Positions 11,201-23,551 of a DNA stretch of 64,000 bases are shown one piece after another (positions within the stretch are counted from its first letter, which is position 1; each line of letters opens with the position of its first letter). Made by a program: the position numbers and the translations under genes. Source of the stretch: Ascidiella aspersa (Eukaryota); assembly GCA_963924565.1 (NCBI GenBank), contig OZ004610.1, forward strand, positions 6,076,001-6,140,000. The letters are read 5' to 3'. The notes beneath the pieces were generated by a model. It was given only the letters and a program-made list of their open reading frames with translations, was not told the origin of the DNA and did no database searches.

Positions 11201-13965
11201 CTTTGCTGGAGTAGGCCTAATAAGTTCTGTATGGTTAAAAGTCAAATAGCGATTACACCATGCCGCCAAGTTCACTTCGATAAAACAACTAAAGTTAAAA
11301 AAAACTTTCGCGTTTCGAGTTTCACCCGCTGTTATTTTAGAGGTCTTGAAAAAATAAAAGAAAAACAAGACAACTCACTTTTCGACAAGTTTTTCGTGAA
11401 AGGCGATTACGCTCTGCAGTTTGGCGAGAACGGCTTCGCTGAAGGCCTTCAAGGCGTCTGTTCTGCGTTCGTCGAGCTTGGCGTTGTACTCTGCAATCTT
11501 GGCATCTCTTTCCTTGGCGAGCTCAGCCTTTTCTACATCGGTGGCGAACCTGAAAGGGTGGGATTGCTGTTTGCAAACTTTCGTACATATAATTTTAAAA
11601 GAGTGCGTATAGTTTTTACTCAACCCGTTGATAGAAGGTTTCTGTTGATTAATCGCTGCACTGCTGCCGCGTACACAAGCAAGTTGTGAAAATGTTAAAA
11701 AATTAGAGCAAAAAATGGCCTGCTTTCTACTCTAAATGGCATCAAACAAATACTAAACAAAATTAACTTGCTGTTATGTGTATTGTTTTATTTTCCATAT
11801 TTGTGTATTGAATTCTCCCCTTGACGATAGGGCTGTTACTCCTACCCGAATTATATGGTGCAAATTTATATAAATTTAAGAAACCTTTCTAATTATTACT
11901 CTGTGTTTTACTCTGGAAATAAATGTTTGGGAGAGACTCATCAAATTTTCTTCAAAAAAGAACGTGACCACAAGGATTCCCGATCGCGGCCGCGTATGAA
12001 ATTTCGATCGAACTTTATTAACTTGATTTATCGTTAATCAAAGGAAAGATAGTCGCTATTAGATAAAAAAAAACTTTAAGCTTGGTAAAACGGTTACTTT
12101 ACCGCGCGGTAAAGTCCATTAGAGAAATGCTCACGTCATCTTGTAGGCGTAGTACTTGTTCACGTAGAGGGCGAAGGTCTCCTTGTAATCCTTGTGCCTC
12201 TGATCGACCTGCTTCGTCCAGGCGTCGCGCTGTGAGTTCATTTCGCGCGCCACTTTGAGCAAGCTCTCCTTGAGTAGGTTTCTCATTTCGTCAACGGTCT
12301 CGGCAATTGGAGTCTCTGCGTTTTTTGAATACACTCTATACGTAATGTTGACTTTTTTGCCACAAACCAAACTTAAATGCATTCCGTAGAAAGATAATGT
12401 TTTTTTTTAAATTGTTGTTCGCATTAAAATCTAACAACCTTTACTTTTCGCAATTGCTATAAAAACGTCATTTTTTCTGCCTTAAATTAATTTTTGTTGT
12501 TATACCCTAGTGCAGGGATGGCGAACCACTGACCCGCGATGAAAAGGTTCGCCATCCCTGCCCTAGTAAGTCCTCTTCCAAAACAGTTACCCACCATCAT
12601 CCACGGCATTTTTACATCGCATTTTATCTCACCAATAAATTAACAGGGTTTCCCCAAAACAACATGTCGGCAACTTAACTTTGCGTGTATTATTATGTTT
12701 TTTTGCGGTCCACTCGTATCCAATATTAATTCGTTTCATTGTGTCTTTCATTTGTAAACAAAAAGTGACTACATTTAAAGCGAAACTGGAGTTTGCACTT
12801 GAAGCAATTAAATGCAACGGATGAGGTGGTGTTTTAGGAGAAAGATGTGCAAAAAATCATGGCGAAGGTTTTAATTCATAATGTCTGCGGTTACCTGCCG
12901 ACCTAGGAAAGAATATAGGCCTAGTGGATTACAAAACAAAACGCAAAAATACATTATAACGCGAAAACGTTTTTTGTTATGGTTTTCGTTTTATGGGAAT
13001 TATACCCTCCTAAAATTTTATTGCGTATAAAAGCCAATATAATAGGCGCAATCGTGTTTGGTATGCTTACTTATTGTTTTCGTATTGTGCGAACTAGTTA
13101 TATGCTACCTAATTTTTTTGTGTGAAAGTCAAAATAATTCGTAAGGATTCTATAAAATAAAATAACGTACCTTTCCATCCTTCAGTGCCACAATCTTCAC
13201 CGGGATACATTTTGAGGATGGGCGAGTAAAACTTGCTCGAGCACCAATACGGGTTGAACCGAAGGCGATAGTGGTAGAGTTGGTTGGATGGGAAAACACA
13301 GTAGTTCATATGACAGAAGTAACTGTAGCTGTACACGACGGTCGATGCATTTGTTACCTGCAACCGAAATTCAAAACACTTTAGATTGCTGTATTCCAAC
13401 TGATATTTCTTTGATAAGCTAGTTTTGTGGAAGATCTGCAGACCGAAAAAGAAGTAGATCGAAAGAGCATTATTTTCTTGAAGTGAAGACAGTTTTACAA
13501 CAGCGTATACGTTCATTTTTGACGCCATGAAAAAGCTCTATTTAACTACATTGGAAATTCAAACAAACATCTGCCAAATTTTTATTTTCTTTCCAGGCGT
13601 TTGCGCTTATGCAAAATTGAATAGACATTTAGTTTTTCCTGAAAGCGTCTACCTCAAATGACAACTTTTCTTGCTTCGCGTTGACTCTTGGAAAATAGAT
13701 AAAAAAAACGGTTAATTTATTTCAAAAAATAAATTTATTCCAAAAGATAAATAAATTATTCGAATAAATATCGCACTTTTTAGAAAGCGACGTAAGTTTG
13801 AAACACACTATTGTGATTTAGTAGTTAACAGGGGTTTAAACATATTGCTACAAAAGAATACTGAAGATTTAAAATCGTCATGACGAAATTCTGCAGTCTT
13901 TAGTTCTTTAAAAGCAGCTAAATACTTACGGCTATGCAGGCCAAAAGTATTAGGAGCAACTTCAT
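5241..13965 (-). CDS. Paralog P: uncharacterised secreted Tyr/Cys-rich, amphipathic-helical protein, 638 aa. 11 exons: 13965-13930, 13357-13171, 12315-12135, 11549-11379, 10179-10019, 9559-9349, 8805-8687, 7799-7595, 6853-6541, 6043-5733, 5262-5241
   Basis: Hand splicing gives a 1917-nt open frame MKLLLILLACIA|VTNASTVVYSYSY...YSSCISS*. All introns are GT-AG with the same phases as the array copies. Exons 1, 3, 5, 8, 9, 10 have identical lengths (36, 181, 161, 205, 313, 311). Exon 8 is 33/68 identical to the array copies by hand alignment. AATAAA at 5107-5102. Confidence 0.88.
10257..10625. mobile_element. hAT MITE (CAGTGCT-ended family) in intron 4 of P
   Basis: Ends CAGTGCTATTCAA / TTAAAGAGCACTG. 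TSD GTGTATGG/ATGTATGG (7/8). Inverted homolog of 17959-18341. Confidence 0.8.
12513..12560. mobile_element. 48-bp minimal hAT MITE
   Basis: Perfect 15-bp TIRs CAGGGATGGCGAACC / GGTTCGCCATCCCTG around an 18-bp core. TSD CCCTAGTG/CCCTAGTA. Confidence 0.8.
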
Positions 13966-14025
13966 GATGGTCCCTGAGAATTTTTCGTGGCGCGATTCCC
14001 AGCGGCAAAGAAATAATAATAGTCA

Positions 14026-14061
14026 AACTAACGATGGCTTGGTAAGTGGGGGGCTCTTATA
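14026..14061 (-). promoter_or_regulatory. Core promoter of P (TATAAGA + TTAGTT initiator)
   Basis: TATAAGA at 14061-14055 and an Inr-like TTAGTT ~32 nt downstream, ~65 nt before the ATG at 13965. Confidence 0.6.
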
Positions 14062-15468
14062 GCCAACGGAAGAGCGGAGAAAAGGCCCGCGCGTACACGA
14101 GACCAAACAAACAGAAGGCAGTTGTGTGCAGTTACAAGTGATGTTGTGATCCTCGTTGGAACGAGCCGTGACGCAACACGTTGGCAGTTGCGTAGAGTTA
14201 AGCATGCTCAAGTAGCCTCCTGGATGCCTTGTTATTTTTACTATAGGCGTTACATCGCGTTGTTGCTTAACGGGATTAACGCCGTGGCGTACCGAGGTAT
14301 GCATAGGCCGCCGCTTGTCAACCCGCTTACGTATTTCAATCGAGCGATGTGTTTGACAATACAGCGAGTTGTGACGACGATCGCCCTTCGGTCGGATCAT
14401 TATCTTTGTTATTACTGTATTGCAACACTGCGGGTGGCTATCGGTCTTTTACTGCTTGTTTTTCGGCTTTCGATGTCAATAAGTATCTATTCTATGGGTA
14501 TAGCAAGGGTCGAACTGCTGACGTGTCAATTTTTATCCTATAACTTTTTCCCGTGCCAAAGTTTAATAACTAATTCTTTCTAATATTAAAGGCGCTTTTT
14601 TACAAATAATAAAAACGTTTGTTTACAAATGAGTATTATTTGTCTGCTTCTTTGCAAACGTTTGTTTTTGTACTCGAAAGATTGGCCTTAAGCTGTGTGG
14701 TAGTAATGCGCATTATGCATCTAAGTGTCCGTCGCCGTCGGTGAGCTGACTTTTGCTTCTTGCTTCTTCACACCAAGGTTTATAGTTATGTGAAAGTTTG
14801 CCTCCATTACAGTATAATGTTATAAAATCAGCAGTAATTGTTAGTTGTCGCAATTGCCGCGATAGTTATTGTGAATAAACAATGGCAATTGGATGTATAA
14901 TAAATTTATTATTTTTTTCACAATTAGTTGAACAACAAATTTAGTATTTTTTGTTCGGTCATGTGTTGGACGTTTACCCCTGAGCTTACAAAACTTGAGG
15001 TAGCCATTGAAGGGATTTGCTGCGACTTGCAGATGGTAAAAGGCAGGAATAAATTAGAAAATATTTACAGCCTTATCAATTTTTTTTGCTTGACTTTCAA
15101 AATGCAAACGTTAAAATTATTGCAAACCAAATTAGGAACCGATTTGCTAATTAATGACTTCGACAAAAGCGTGTGCAAGCGAATAACAAGACATTTGATG
15201 ATTAAAACTGTCAAACCCAATTGGTTTTAAAACGTTTTAATAAATTAGCAGTAAAAAAATAAAAACTGAAAAGTATGTAAAGTCTAGTATGGGACATTAA
15301 TGTCCTTACTATTCGTGTTAGCCAATATTTCGTTTTTTAATGTTATATTCGCGTACATCAACCAAAGCAGTAAGGGTTGAATTCAATACAATATGAAGCA
15401 TTTACTGTCCACCTAAGGCAAGCGGACCTGAAAAGTGAAGTGCGATGTTTTCGAGTTTAAAAAAACAA

Positions 15469-15636
15469 CGAGTCATTTCGCCACTCGCAAAGTGTGCGCG
15501 TCGCACGCTACGAGTTTCGCTAAACACACAAGCCTCCCTGCATGCGTCAAGCTCGCCTCTCATGCCCACGAGATCCCACTTATGCTAAAAAAACCTGAAC
15601 CAATGCGATGACAGCTCGGCCCATGCAAACATGTTG
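15469..15636. promoter_or_regulatory. Conserved non-coding element (candidate enhancer) upstream of P
   Basis: Clearly aligns with 21876-22038, 29289-29451, 35718-35855 and (inverted) 39170-39308. Shared blocks TACGAGTTTCGCTAAACACACAAG, GCGTCAAGCTCGCCTCTCATG and ATGCAAACATG, although P introns and flanks do not align with the array. Confidence 0.6.
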
Positions 15637-15678
15637 ATCACGCCTCATAAAAAAAACAAAAAACAATCCGTTTTAAAG

Positions 15679-16232
15679 CAGGGGTCGGAAACCTGTGACC
15701 CGCGGGCCGGATCCCGCCATACAGTGAAAATCATCGCGCCCGTAACCTCTTTTTTAAACTTGACGCAAGTTTTTGCCTCATGTTTTTAACTAATTTAACC
15801 ACACGGAAAGGCAAACCATTTTCGCGCCTTATGAGAATCTTGTTTCACTTTGAAGTACATTTTCCTAAAGGGCCATCTCTCTAAAATGAGAGTTTCTCCA
15901 AACTCAATCTAATATAATATTCTGTGATGTAATTCGTATTTTATAACAAACAAGAGTATATAAAATATGTCCATATTTCATTTTGTTTGTGCGCAATGCG
16001 TCACGTCTTCTTGTAAATTACAAGGTTTGCCCTTTTTAACCAAACAAGCGCACTTTTTTCGCGCTTCGCGCGTTGCTCCTTTTTTCAGTTTTTTTAAATT
16101 CAATTGCATAAAACATTTAGGTGCTTTAAAAGCCACACGTTTTTATAACAAAATTGTTAGTGAAAATTTATTACGACCCCCCAAGAATTTACTGAGTTTG
16201 TCCTGTGCCTAGCAAAAGGTTGCCGACCCCTG
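15679..16232. mobile_element. hAT/Charlie-like MITE
   Basis: Ends CAGGGGTCGGAAACCT / AGGTTGCCGACCCCTG and a subterminal CCCGCGGGCC motif. TSD degenerate. Confidence 0.7.
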
Positions 16233-16844
16233 GTTAAAGGGTTATGATTGGTCAACCAAAACAGCGCTCACGTTCACACAGCCATAAAGCAAGCCCACAC
16301 TGTATAGTTCAGCATCCTATTTTTCCACCATTGACTGTATAAAACCCTTTTTAATGATTTTTGCCCGGTTGTTATTATTAGCGCAATGCTTATCATGCCA
16401 TTTTTTTCGCCTTTCAATATAAACATAACGTTAAAACTACATAAAGGCCATATTCAAAAAGTTATGACAAGTTAAACTAAATAAGCGATGCAACCACAGA
16501 TGAACGATGTGATCTTTAGACTGCCAATTTTGTCCAATCTATTTATTGCAGTTTGCTTAACCTTTGTGTGAATTTAAAATCTTCTATGACGATTTGTATA
16601 CGGAAGGCCACTTCTCCAAAGTTTAAATCAAGATGAACGTGATATTTATTTTTCGGTTTTGTGCAGCTGTGTAGTCAATGTCCCTCAACATGTTTACATT
16701 ACCTTAAAAAACACTAGTTAATCGAGTGGTTATGTGCCCAATTCGCCAAGCCTTCTTCTTTAAAAAAAAGTGTTAAAACTAAAAGTGATTTTAATTTAAA
16801 CCAATTAACATCTTTGGAACACTATTTACGGATCTGTTCATAAG

Positions 16845-16983
16845 TTTAATGGTGAAAATAACGGCCCAAATAGACGTTAAAAGCGACATGCTTTATTTTC
16901 AAACGTTTCGGCAATTTCATGTCGCTTTAAAATGAAGCATGTCGCTTTCAACGTCTATTTGGGCCGTTATTTTCACCATTAAA
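16845..16983. repeat. Long inverted repeat / foldback (~55-bp arms, ~29-nt loop)
   Basis: 16845-16899 is the reverse complement of 16929-16983 with 2 mismatches. Confidence 0.9.
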
Positions 16984-17137
16984 TTAACATCTTGTTTTTG
17001 CACTTCGCTCGTTTACACTCAACTCCAATGTATAAATGTTTATACGAATTCTCCCAAGAACGGAAGAATTGTCAGTTACAAAGAAAACCATAATAAAATC
17101 CTCGATTCACTTATTATAAAGTGTCTACTGTCTATAC

Positions 17138-17674
17138 CAGGGGTGTTCAAATGATTTCTGCCATGATTCACCACAGTCAAACCTGACAACATGATGATCC
17201 ACCAAATACGAATAGTAAACATATGGGACACGCTTTAATTTTATGGTGCTTTATTTATTTAAACGCGATAACTTTAATAGTTAATCTTGTTTAGTGTTTG
17301 TTAACCTTTCGAAGTCAGGGCGCACGTGGCGAGCGAAGCGAGTGCGATTTTTTTAGGTATACGGGCATTTCGTTTAAATTTCTTGCAAGTTTTTATTACA
17401 TTGCCGAAAATGCAAAATGTTAAAAAATATATGTCCAATATTTTTTAATGCGTTTTCCATTAACGGTAACGAAGCGCTGATCTAGTTCAAAAGACCGCAT
17501 CAAAACGTAAAAAAGCCGGACGTAGAAAGATGATTCGCACGAAGCGGGAAAGGTTTCGCACTCACGTAGTTAAAATAGTCAAAAGTTATTTGAAATTGTC
17601 AAAGGGGCGGCGGACCGAATGAATTACATTGGCGGGGCACATTCGGCCCGCGGGCCGTAGGTTGCCGACCCCTG
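17138..17674. mobile_element. hAT/Charlie-like MITE (possibly composite)
   Basis: Starts CAGGGGTGTTCAAA, ends GGCCCGCGGGCCGTAGGTTGCCGACCCCTG. Its right half is the inverted homolog of 35363-35712. Confidence 0.6.
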
Positions 17675-17958
17675 TTTTAGACTTTGGGTCTTACAATAGC
17701 ATCGAATTGGGGCTTTCTGTCGCTTACTGATATCCTCAAACGCTCACAAAGATTAGCATTTGGGAGTCTCGTTCTATGCTTGATTTTTTACAAAATTCAT
17801 TAACACTGACAATTGGTATTCACATGGAAATACTGTAAATAAGACTACATTGGAAGATCTGCACAAAACGCTGAAAAGATCCGGAACCGGATCGCAATCC
17901 GCCATTTGAACATGACCGCCGACCGGTCTATATATTGACTGAATGTGGTACTGTAGAT

Positions 17959-18341
17959 CAGTGCTCTTCAACGATGTGCACGGTGCACCCTAGGGTGCAC
18001 CAAAATATTATTGGGGTGCACCATTACTAAAAGGTATACAAGGGTACGTCACAAACTTTTAATGAATCATTAATATTTGACGTTGAATGCTGTTGTATGA
18101 CATGCAATAGTACTCGCAAGCAGCCTGCAGACAAAATCAAACTCTCACCGACAGTGTACTTCGGCAGCTCTGCTCAAAACTTCGGCAGCTCTGCTCGGTT
18201 TAATTGACATTATGACATTGGTATGCATAATGATTTTTCATATCGCTTCTTACCTCAGTTTACCTTTTAAGTAAACAGGGCGCATGAGTTCGTCAGAACA
18301 ACTTTAAGGGTCACCAAACCAAAAAAGGTTGAAGAGCACTG
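17959..18341. mobile_element. hAT MITE (CAGTGCT-ended family)
   Basis: Perfect 14-bp TIRs CAGTGCTCTTCAAC / GTTGAAGAGCACTG. Perfect 8-bp TSD CTGTAGAT. Confidence 0.92.
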
Positions 18342-18423
18342 CTGTAGATCCCCGTGATATAAACTTGTTTGTACTAGCAGGATGTGGCAAGCAATGATGT
18401 CATAGTTGTTTTTAGGCTTGCTA

Positions 18424-18860
18424 ACCACTGAGCCAGTGTAGCTCAGTTGGTGTAGCGAAGGTGCCATTATGGCTAAAGGTCCTGAGTTTAAACCTTACAG
18501 CAGATTTTCCAGTCTGTCTTTCTTTCATCATTAATCGACTGAATCGGTTAGTCTATCGAAGCCTTTCGATCTACTGCGATACGTAAGCCGGTATAGTTGG
18601 TTAAAAATGACTTAATGAGTGAGGGCTATATCACAGTTGCTATACACACATTTCATTAACTGAGTATGTCACCGTTGATATATCCCTCAATATGAAGTTG
18701 CTTGAACAAGCAATGCTTTACTGGTTGTTTGTCGACTCGCTATAACCACTGAGCAGCTTAGCTGAAAGAGCGACGGTTCCAGTACGGCCGGAGGTCGTGA
18801 GTTCGAACCCCACCGCAGGCTAGTTGTTTTTCTAGCCTGCCTTGCCTGCATCTTTGATCA
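18424..18860 (+). repeat. Two degenerate tRNA-derived (SINE-like) repeats, ~18424-18520 and ~18745-18860
   Basis: Both begin ACCACTGAGC, followed by box A-like TAGCTCAGTTGG / TAGCTGAAAG and box B-like GAGTTTAAACC / GAGTTCGAACC. The second is homologous to the element at 26520-26774. Confidence 0.6.
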
Positions 18861-19606
18861 ATCGGTTTAAGGCTTTATTTTATTTAAAAGCAGCCTTATT
18901 TTAATTTTTTTTCTTTGATTTCATACCATCAACGGTTTATGAATATTTTTCACAAAAAATATTGTTCCATCACAAATAACGTGAAAGGGCAGTAACATAA
19001 AATTATTGAGGTAAGTTTAAATAACCTCCATTTTTCATGTCAACATGGGGAAATATAATGCAACAGTACGATTCTACTATATTCTGTCAAGAGGTCCTTT
19101 CCAGAGAAACTTTTTGACCGTCTTTCGCAATTACTAAAAATGTTATCGTGTTTACGTTTCCAAGTATGTATTTAAAAAAAAAAAAATATAACCAACATAA
19201 ATTTTGTTTGGTAAATATATTGCAGTTGTTTTAAATGTTAAAATAAAGCAGGCTATACTTCGTATAAAATTGTGAGGTAAACAGGTTCCATTTTTATCAC
19301 CGTCAAAAAAACTGTTTTATTCTGTTCTGAGTACAAATTAAATTTTATTGCTAAACAACTCCTATGTTTGAAAACACTTACTTTGGAATGCTTCTAATTC
19401 TCTTAAAAATTACATTGAATTCGCCCCAACATTTTATATTGTCACCAACATAAATTAGATATTTCGACTAAATGTTTTTCATTAGAATTGTTATAAATCT
19501 TCGCGTAACGAAGCAAACTGAAACAACACACAAGTATTTTCTGGATGAATTTATTTTTTATATTACTACGGGCATTCGGAATGCGCTACTTTTCTTGGTT
19601 TCAAGT

Positions 19607-20380
19607 TTAGGCGCAGTATCTGTAGTATCCGCTGCAATACCTGACACGGTAACTACAGGTGCGTCTGCAAAACAAAAGAATAAAATTAAATGAAGTAAAC
19701 AATGGAAAATTAACCACGGTAAAAGTCGTTTTACAATGCATGCAAACAGTGCGAAAATTTAACGTTTAAAATAAATCGCTGTGACACAATATTACGTGTT
19801 AAAAGTTCCATTCGTTTTAATTATAAGTTAATTAAAGGTTGGCGTACAATTTTAAAAGCAAAAATGTGGTTCACATAGCAAAATCTGGACCCGAGTAACA
19901 CCATGTAAAACTACCCGATTAGCGAGTCCGACATTCACCTGCGCATGCGCAGTACCAAATTTAATACCTGATATTGCCGCCAACTGTAAATTGTTAAGTA
20001 GCAAATGGTGGATATTTTCCAACCATGTGGCATTAGTGTTTGAATTCTATGATATTCTTATAGGGATTGCCAAAAATCCATCTTAATTTAGTTTTGTAAA
20101 TTGGTAAAATACATGCTCTAGGGTCGGATTCGGTACTCGAAGAAATCGCACATTGAGCCGCAGTCTGACTCGAGACTAGGGAACCGGATTCGGGTTTATT
20201 TTATGGTCGGGGGTGGGACTCGGGAATTAAACTCGGGTTATTTTTAATCAATCCTCAGCCTAGTAGCAAAGTGCGACTTACACATATCTGGTGTAGCAGT
20301 AGCTGTAGGAGTTCACACAAGGAAGTGTGAATTTCCAGCTGAAGTAGCTTCCGTAGCAGAATCTCGGCATACAGAATCTT
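19607..20380 (-). pseudogene. psiL: 3' remnant of the family gene (last ~100 bp of exon 10 + exon 11) fused directly to upstream promoter sequence
   Basis: Exon 11 at 19664-19607 and exon 10 fragment at 20380-20282 (RFCMPRFCYGSYFSWKFTLPCVNSYSYCYTRYV). At 20381 the sequence switches to promoter-type DNA matching ~27523. TATA, exons 1-9 and most of exon 10 are absent. Confidence 0.88.
19835..20262. mobile_element. Probable MITE with ACTCGG/CCGAGT subterminal repeats inserted in the psiL intron
   Basis: About 430 bp of extra sequence relative to intron 10 of intact copies. Repeated ACTCGG/CCGAGT/CGGATTCGG motifs in inverted orientation at the two ends. Boundaries approximate. Confidence 0.5.
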
Positions 20381-21128
20381 ATCTCTTGCTTATCTCTTTT
20401 TCCATGTTGAGTCCCGATTAGACAAACAGGACACACCATACGGATATGATTTGTTTTCCCGCTTCGTACAAATTGATTCAATGATGTTGTAACAAGACAA
20501 AATATTTGGTAACTTGTCGACGAAAGAAGTACACTTGCTGTTCCAAGTTTTTTAACATCTCGTTTTCGAGGTGAGTACCTCATCCGCAATTTACTGACTG
20601 AAGAGGGTCTGATAATTGGTCTACAAGGACACACTTGTTAATCCGACAATCTGCAAAATTTAGATGTGGTTGTTGCAATAACAAAGAAGCGCAATCATCG
20701 TCTCTCTGTAGTGCTGAAGTAGTGATTATGCAAACAGGATGCGCATATGGATATGATCTGTTTTCCCGCAGCGTTCCATGTTAACCAAATCATGTTAGTC
20801 AAATTTAAAATATTGGTAGCTACTGCTTATTGCTACGGCAATAAATGAAGTACACTCTAATTATTCAATGTACACACATTCAAGTTTGTTTAACATAACG
20901 TTTGCGTGTTAAATGTATCATGGCTTGTGCAAAAATCACATCCAGATCGATTTGGTCTGTTTAGTTGCAATTTTGTCGTCCGGTGTTTACTCATAGGTAT
21001 TCGCTCGGATACTTGAAGTGGTGACATCGATGAATGTTCTTCAGTTTGTTCGTCGAATGTCGCGTTTCGAAATGTCAATTTGCGTCACTTGCAATTTTTG
21101 ATGCTTTCTGTGTGTGGTTAGTTTTAAC

Positions 21129-21217
21129 TCAAGCGATAAGTTATTCAGGCGATCAACTGGTCTGCCAACACAAATTCAAGCGATAAGTTATTCAGGCGAT
21201 CAACTGGTCTGCCAACA
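21129..21217. repeat. 42-bp direct tandem duplication (also at 28542-28630)
   Basis: TCAAGCGATAAGTTATTCAGGCGATCAACTGGTCTGCCAACA twice, with a 5-bp spacer. Confidence 0.9.
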
Positions 21218-21875
21218 TTTTTTAATCTACTTACCACTCACGAAATATCGATATAATTAAACAGTTCAGCATAGAGTACATTTTTCACCAAATTTTGTTT
21301 TTAGCCACTGAAATTTAAACCAGGATATGCCTAAACTGAGACTCGTTCAAATTGGTTTAAGGTTTGCAAGTAGGCCTATATTAACTTGTTGTAACAAATG
21401 TGTACAGAAAATCGAACAAATGGAAACATTTTGCTTGTCCTTGTAAAGCGTTAAAGCCGGCGACAGTTTAGGAAATTAAAAGACTCGCCAACTGAAAATT
21501 TAGAAAAGCACTGGCGAAAATTTAATGCCGAAAAACTTACCGCTAAATTCGTTTGAATCCTTGAAACATTTGCTGTAGCTCAGAAAACGTTCTTAGATTT
21601 GCGAAACCTAATTTGAAATCAATTTAAAAAATATGGATTAAAAAACAAATACAATAACATTAGGACACTAAGGAAATATCCAGAGATGGGCGGGGGACAC
21701 AACGCCATACTAAACCTAAACTTTGCGCTACAGTGCCAGTTCGGAAGCTCTAGTTTAGCATCGTATGTTGATTGAATTCGTTTTACAGATTCTTATTGTA
21801 TTATTCTTGAATACTAACCAAAGCGAGACATAGTGTAGTTTAGAAAAAGTGTTTATCATCAGTTGGGGAATCGAG

Positions 21876-22038
21876 CGAGTCATCGCGACAATTGCAACGT
21901 GTGCGCGCCATAAGTTACGAGTTTCGCTAAACACACAAGTCACACTGATTGCGTCAAGCTCGCCTCTCATGGCCACGACAACCTTCCCTTGCAAAATTGT
22001 AAAATTGCGACGAGAACTCGGCCTATGCAAACATGTTG
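21876..22038. promoter_or_regulatory. Conserved non-coding element copy upstream of psiL
   Basis: Homologous to 15469-15636. Confidence 0.55.
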
Positions 22039-23551
22039 CTTAAGTATGTTGCAAGGAAATAAATCTCTTAAAAAGCTTGCAATTGTTCAAAGAAGGCGGT
22101 GTCACCGTTCTCGGAGTAAACATTCCAATTGATCCTGCACAGTCCAGCACGCGTTTGTTTTAGTGTCTTAATCATATCACAACTGCTACTCAATTTGCCA
22201 TTTGTAGACCGTGGCTATGTGAAACGTGACGTATTCCATATTAGTTTAAAATTGAAAAATTATCCATAGACAAGGAGACAACAGATAAAAGCCGCCCCAA
22301 TTTATAATTTTTTCCGACTTGTACCATTTTCTTCTTTATTTGATTTAATTTTTTTGCATCAATTGTACCCGACATGGTTCGAGACCACCGAAAATCTTCG
22401 CATGCTTTCCGTTGTTTAAACAAAACAAAAAACGACCATTTACAAATTAGGTTTTGTTTACTTAAACTATAAATAAACGATGTACCCAAGTGGTAAGTGT
22501 CTGGTGTCCCCCAAATTAAAATCCTGGATCCGCGAATGAAGAAGTCCTGGCGAAAAACCAAACTTGCGCCAAATCAAATATTACTTTTATCACAGTGTAG
22601 GGTACCAAAGAACGAGGTGATTATGGATTAAAACATTTTAGCTTCAGGTGAAAAAAGAATTACTAAACATGAATTAGTTTAGCGATAGACTTAGAAATTA
22701 AACCTAGAGTATTATATTTTTCATAGCGTACAGTCTCCTGGTATCGCGGTATAATAAATTGGATATTTTATGAGGTTCAAATATAATGTCCAAGGCGTGT
22801 TATGTGCGTCTTTTTTATATATTTTTTAGAGTAAATATACTATGGTAGTTGTCAGTGTTGTAATGACTTAAGTTAATGACTTATGACACTAAGTGCACTT
22901 GAGTGATTTCGACAAATGACTTAACAAATTGCTAAAAATGCTGGTAGTTATACTCTACTTGAATCCGTCGAGTACAGCTTCTGATTTAGCAGGCAATTCG
23001 TTTGGACCAGAGTGGCATATTGTAAACCCTGCCAAAAGGTCTTTTGGATAAAATTGTTCATACTACCATACTTGCATTGTTATCAGATATGCCTGAGTTT
23101 CAAGTATATTTGTATGTTGTGAAATTACTTGTTCTTCTGTTTATTTCAATAAAATTATATTGTTTTAACTAAGGCAAATACGAAGTGGTACTTATCTTAT
23201 CAATAGATTAAGTATGTATTTTTTATTTGCATTAAAATTTATCTGTTGTTGAGCGATCGCGTAAATATTTTAGAGGCCAGAGGATTGTGGTTTGCCTAAC
23301 TTCGTTGATGATATGTGTCGATTATTCTTAAGAGTATCTTGTGTCTTTAATTATCTCCACCAAGTGCTAACATTCATTTAACCCCTTAGAACTTTCTTCC
23401 TTAAGAATTATTTCACACAAAAACAATAATGATTTAGATAAAACTTCGAGTATCGAAAAAACTAAAACACCAGACAGGTATATTTCAGATGAATTTATTT
23501 TTCTGTATTACTACGGGCATTCGGAATGCGCAACATTTCTTGATTTCAAGG

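Noticed and set aside
12096-12115. 20-bp perfect palindrome ACTTTACCGCGCGGTAAAGT near the P exon 3 donor
   Set aside because: Single occurrence, not conserved in other copies, no function supportable.
14023-14583. 125-aa and 153-aa ORFs upstream of P
   Set aside because: They overlap the promoter on both strands, with no recognisable motifs or splice support.
21755-22561. 91-106-aa ORFs in the inter-copy spacer
   Set aside because: Frames are not preserved in the homologous segments at 15.5, 35.8 and 39.2 kb, which carry frame-breaking indels.
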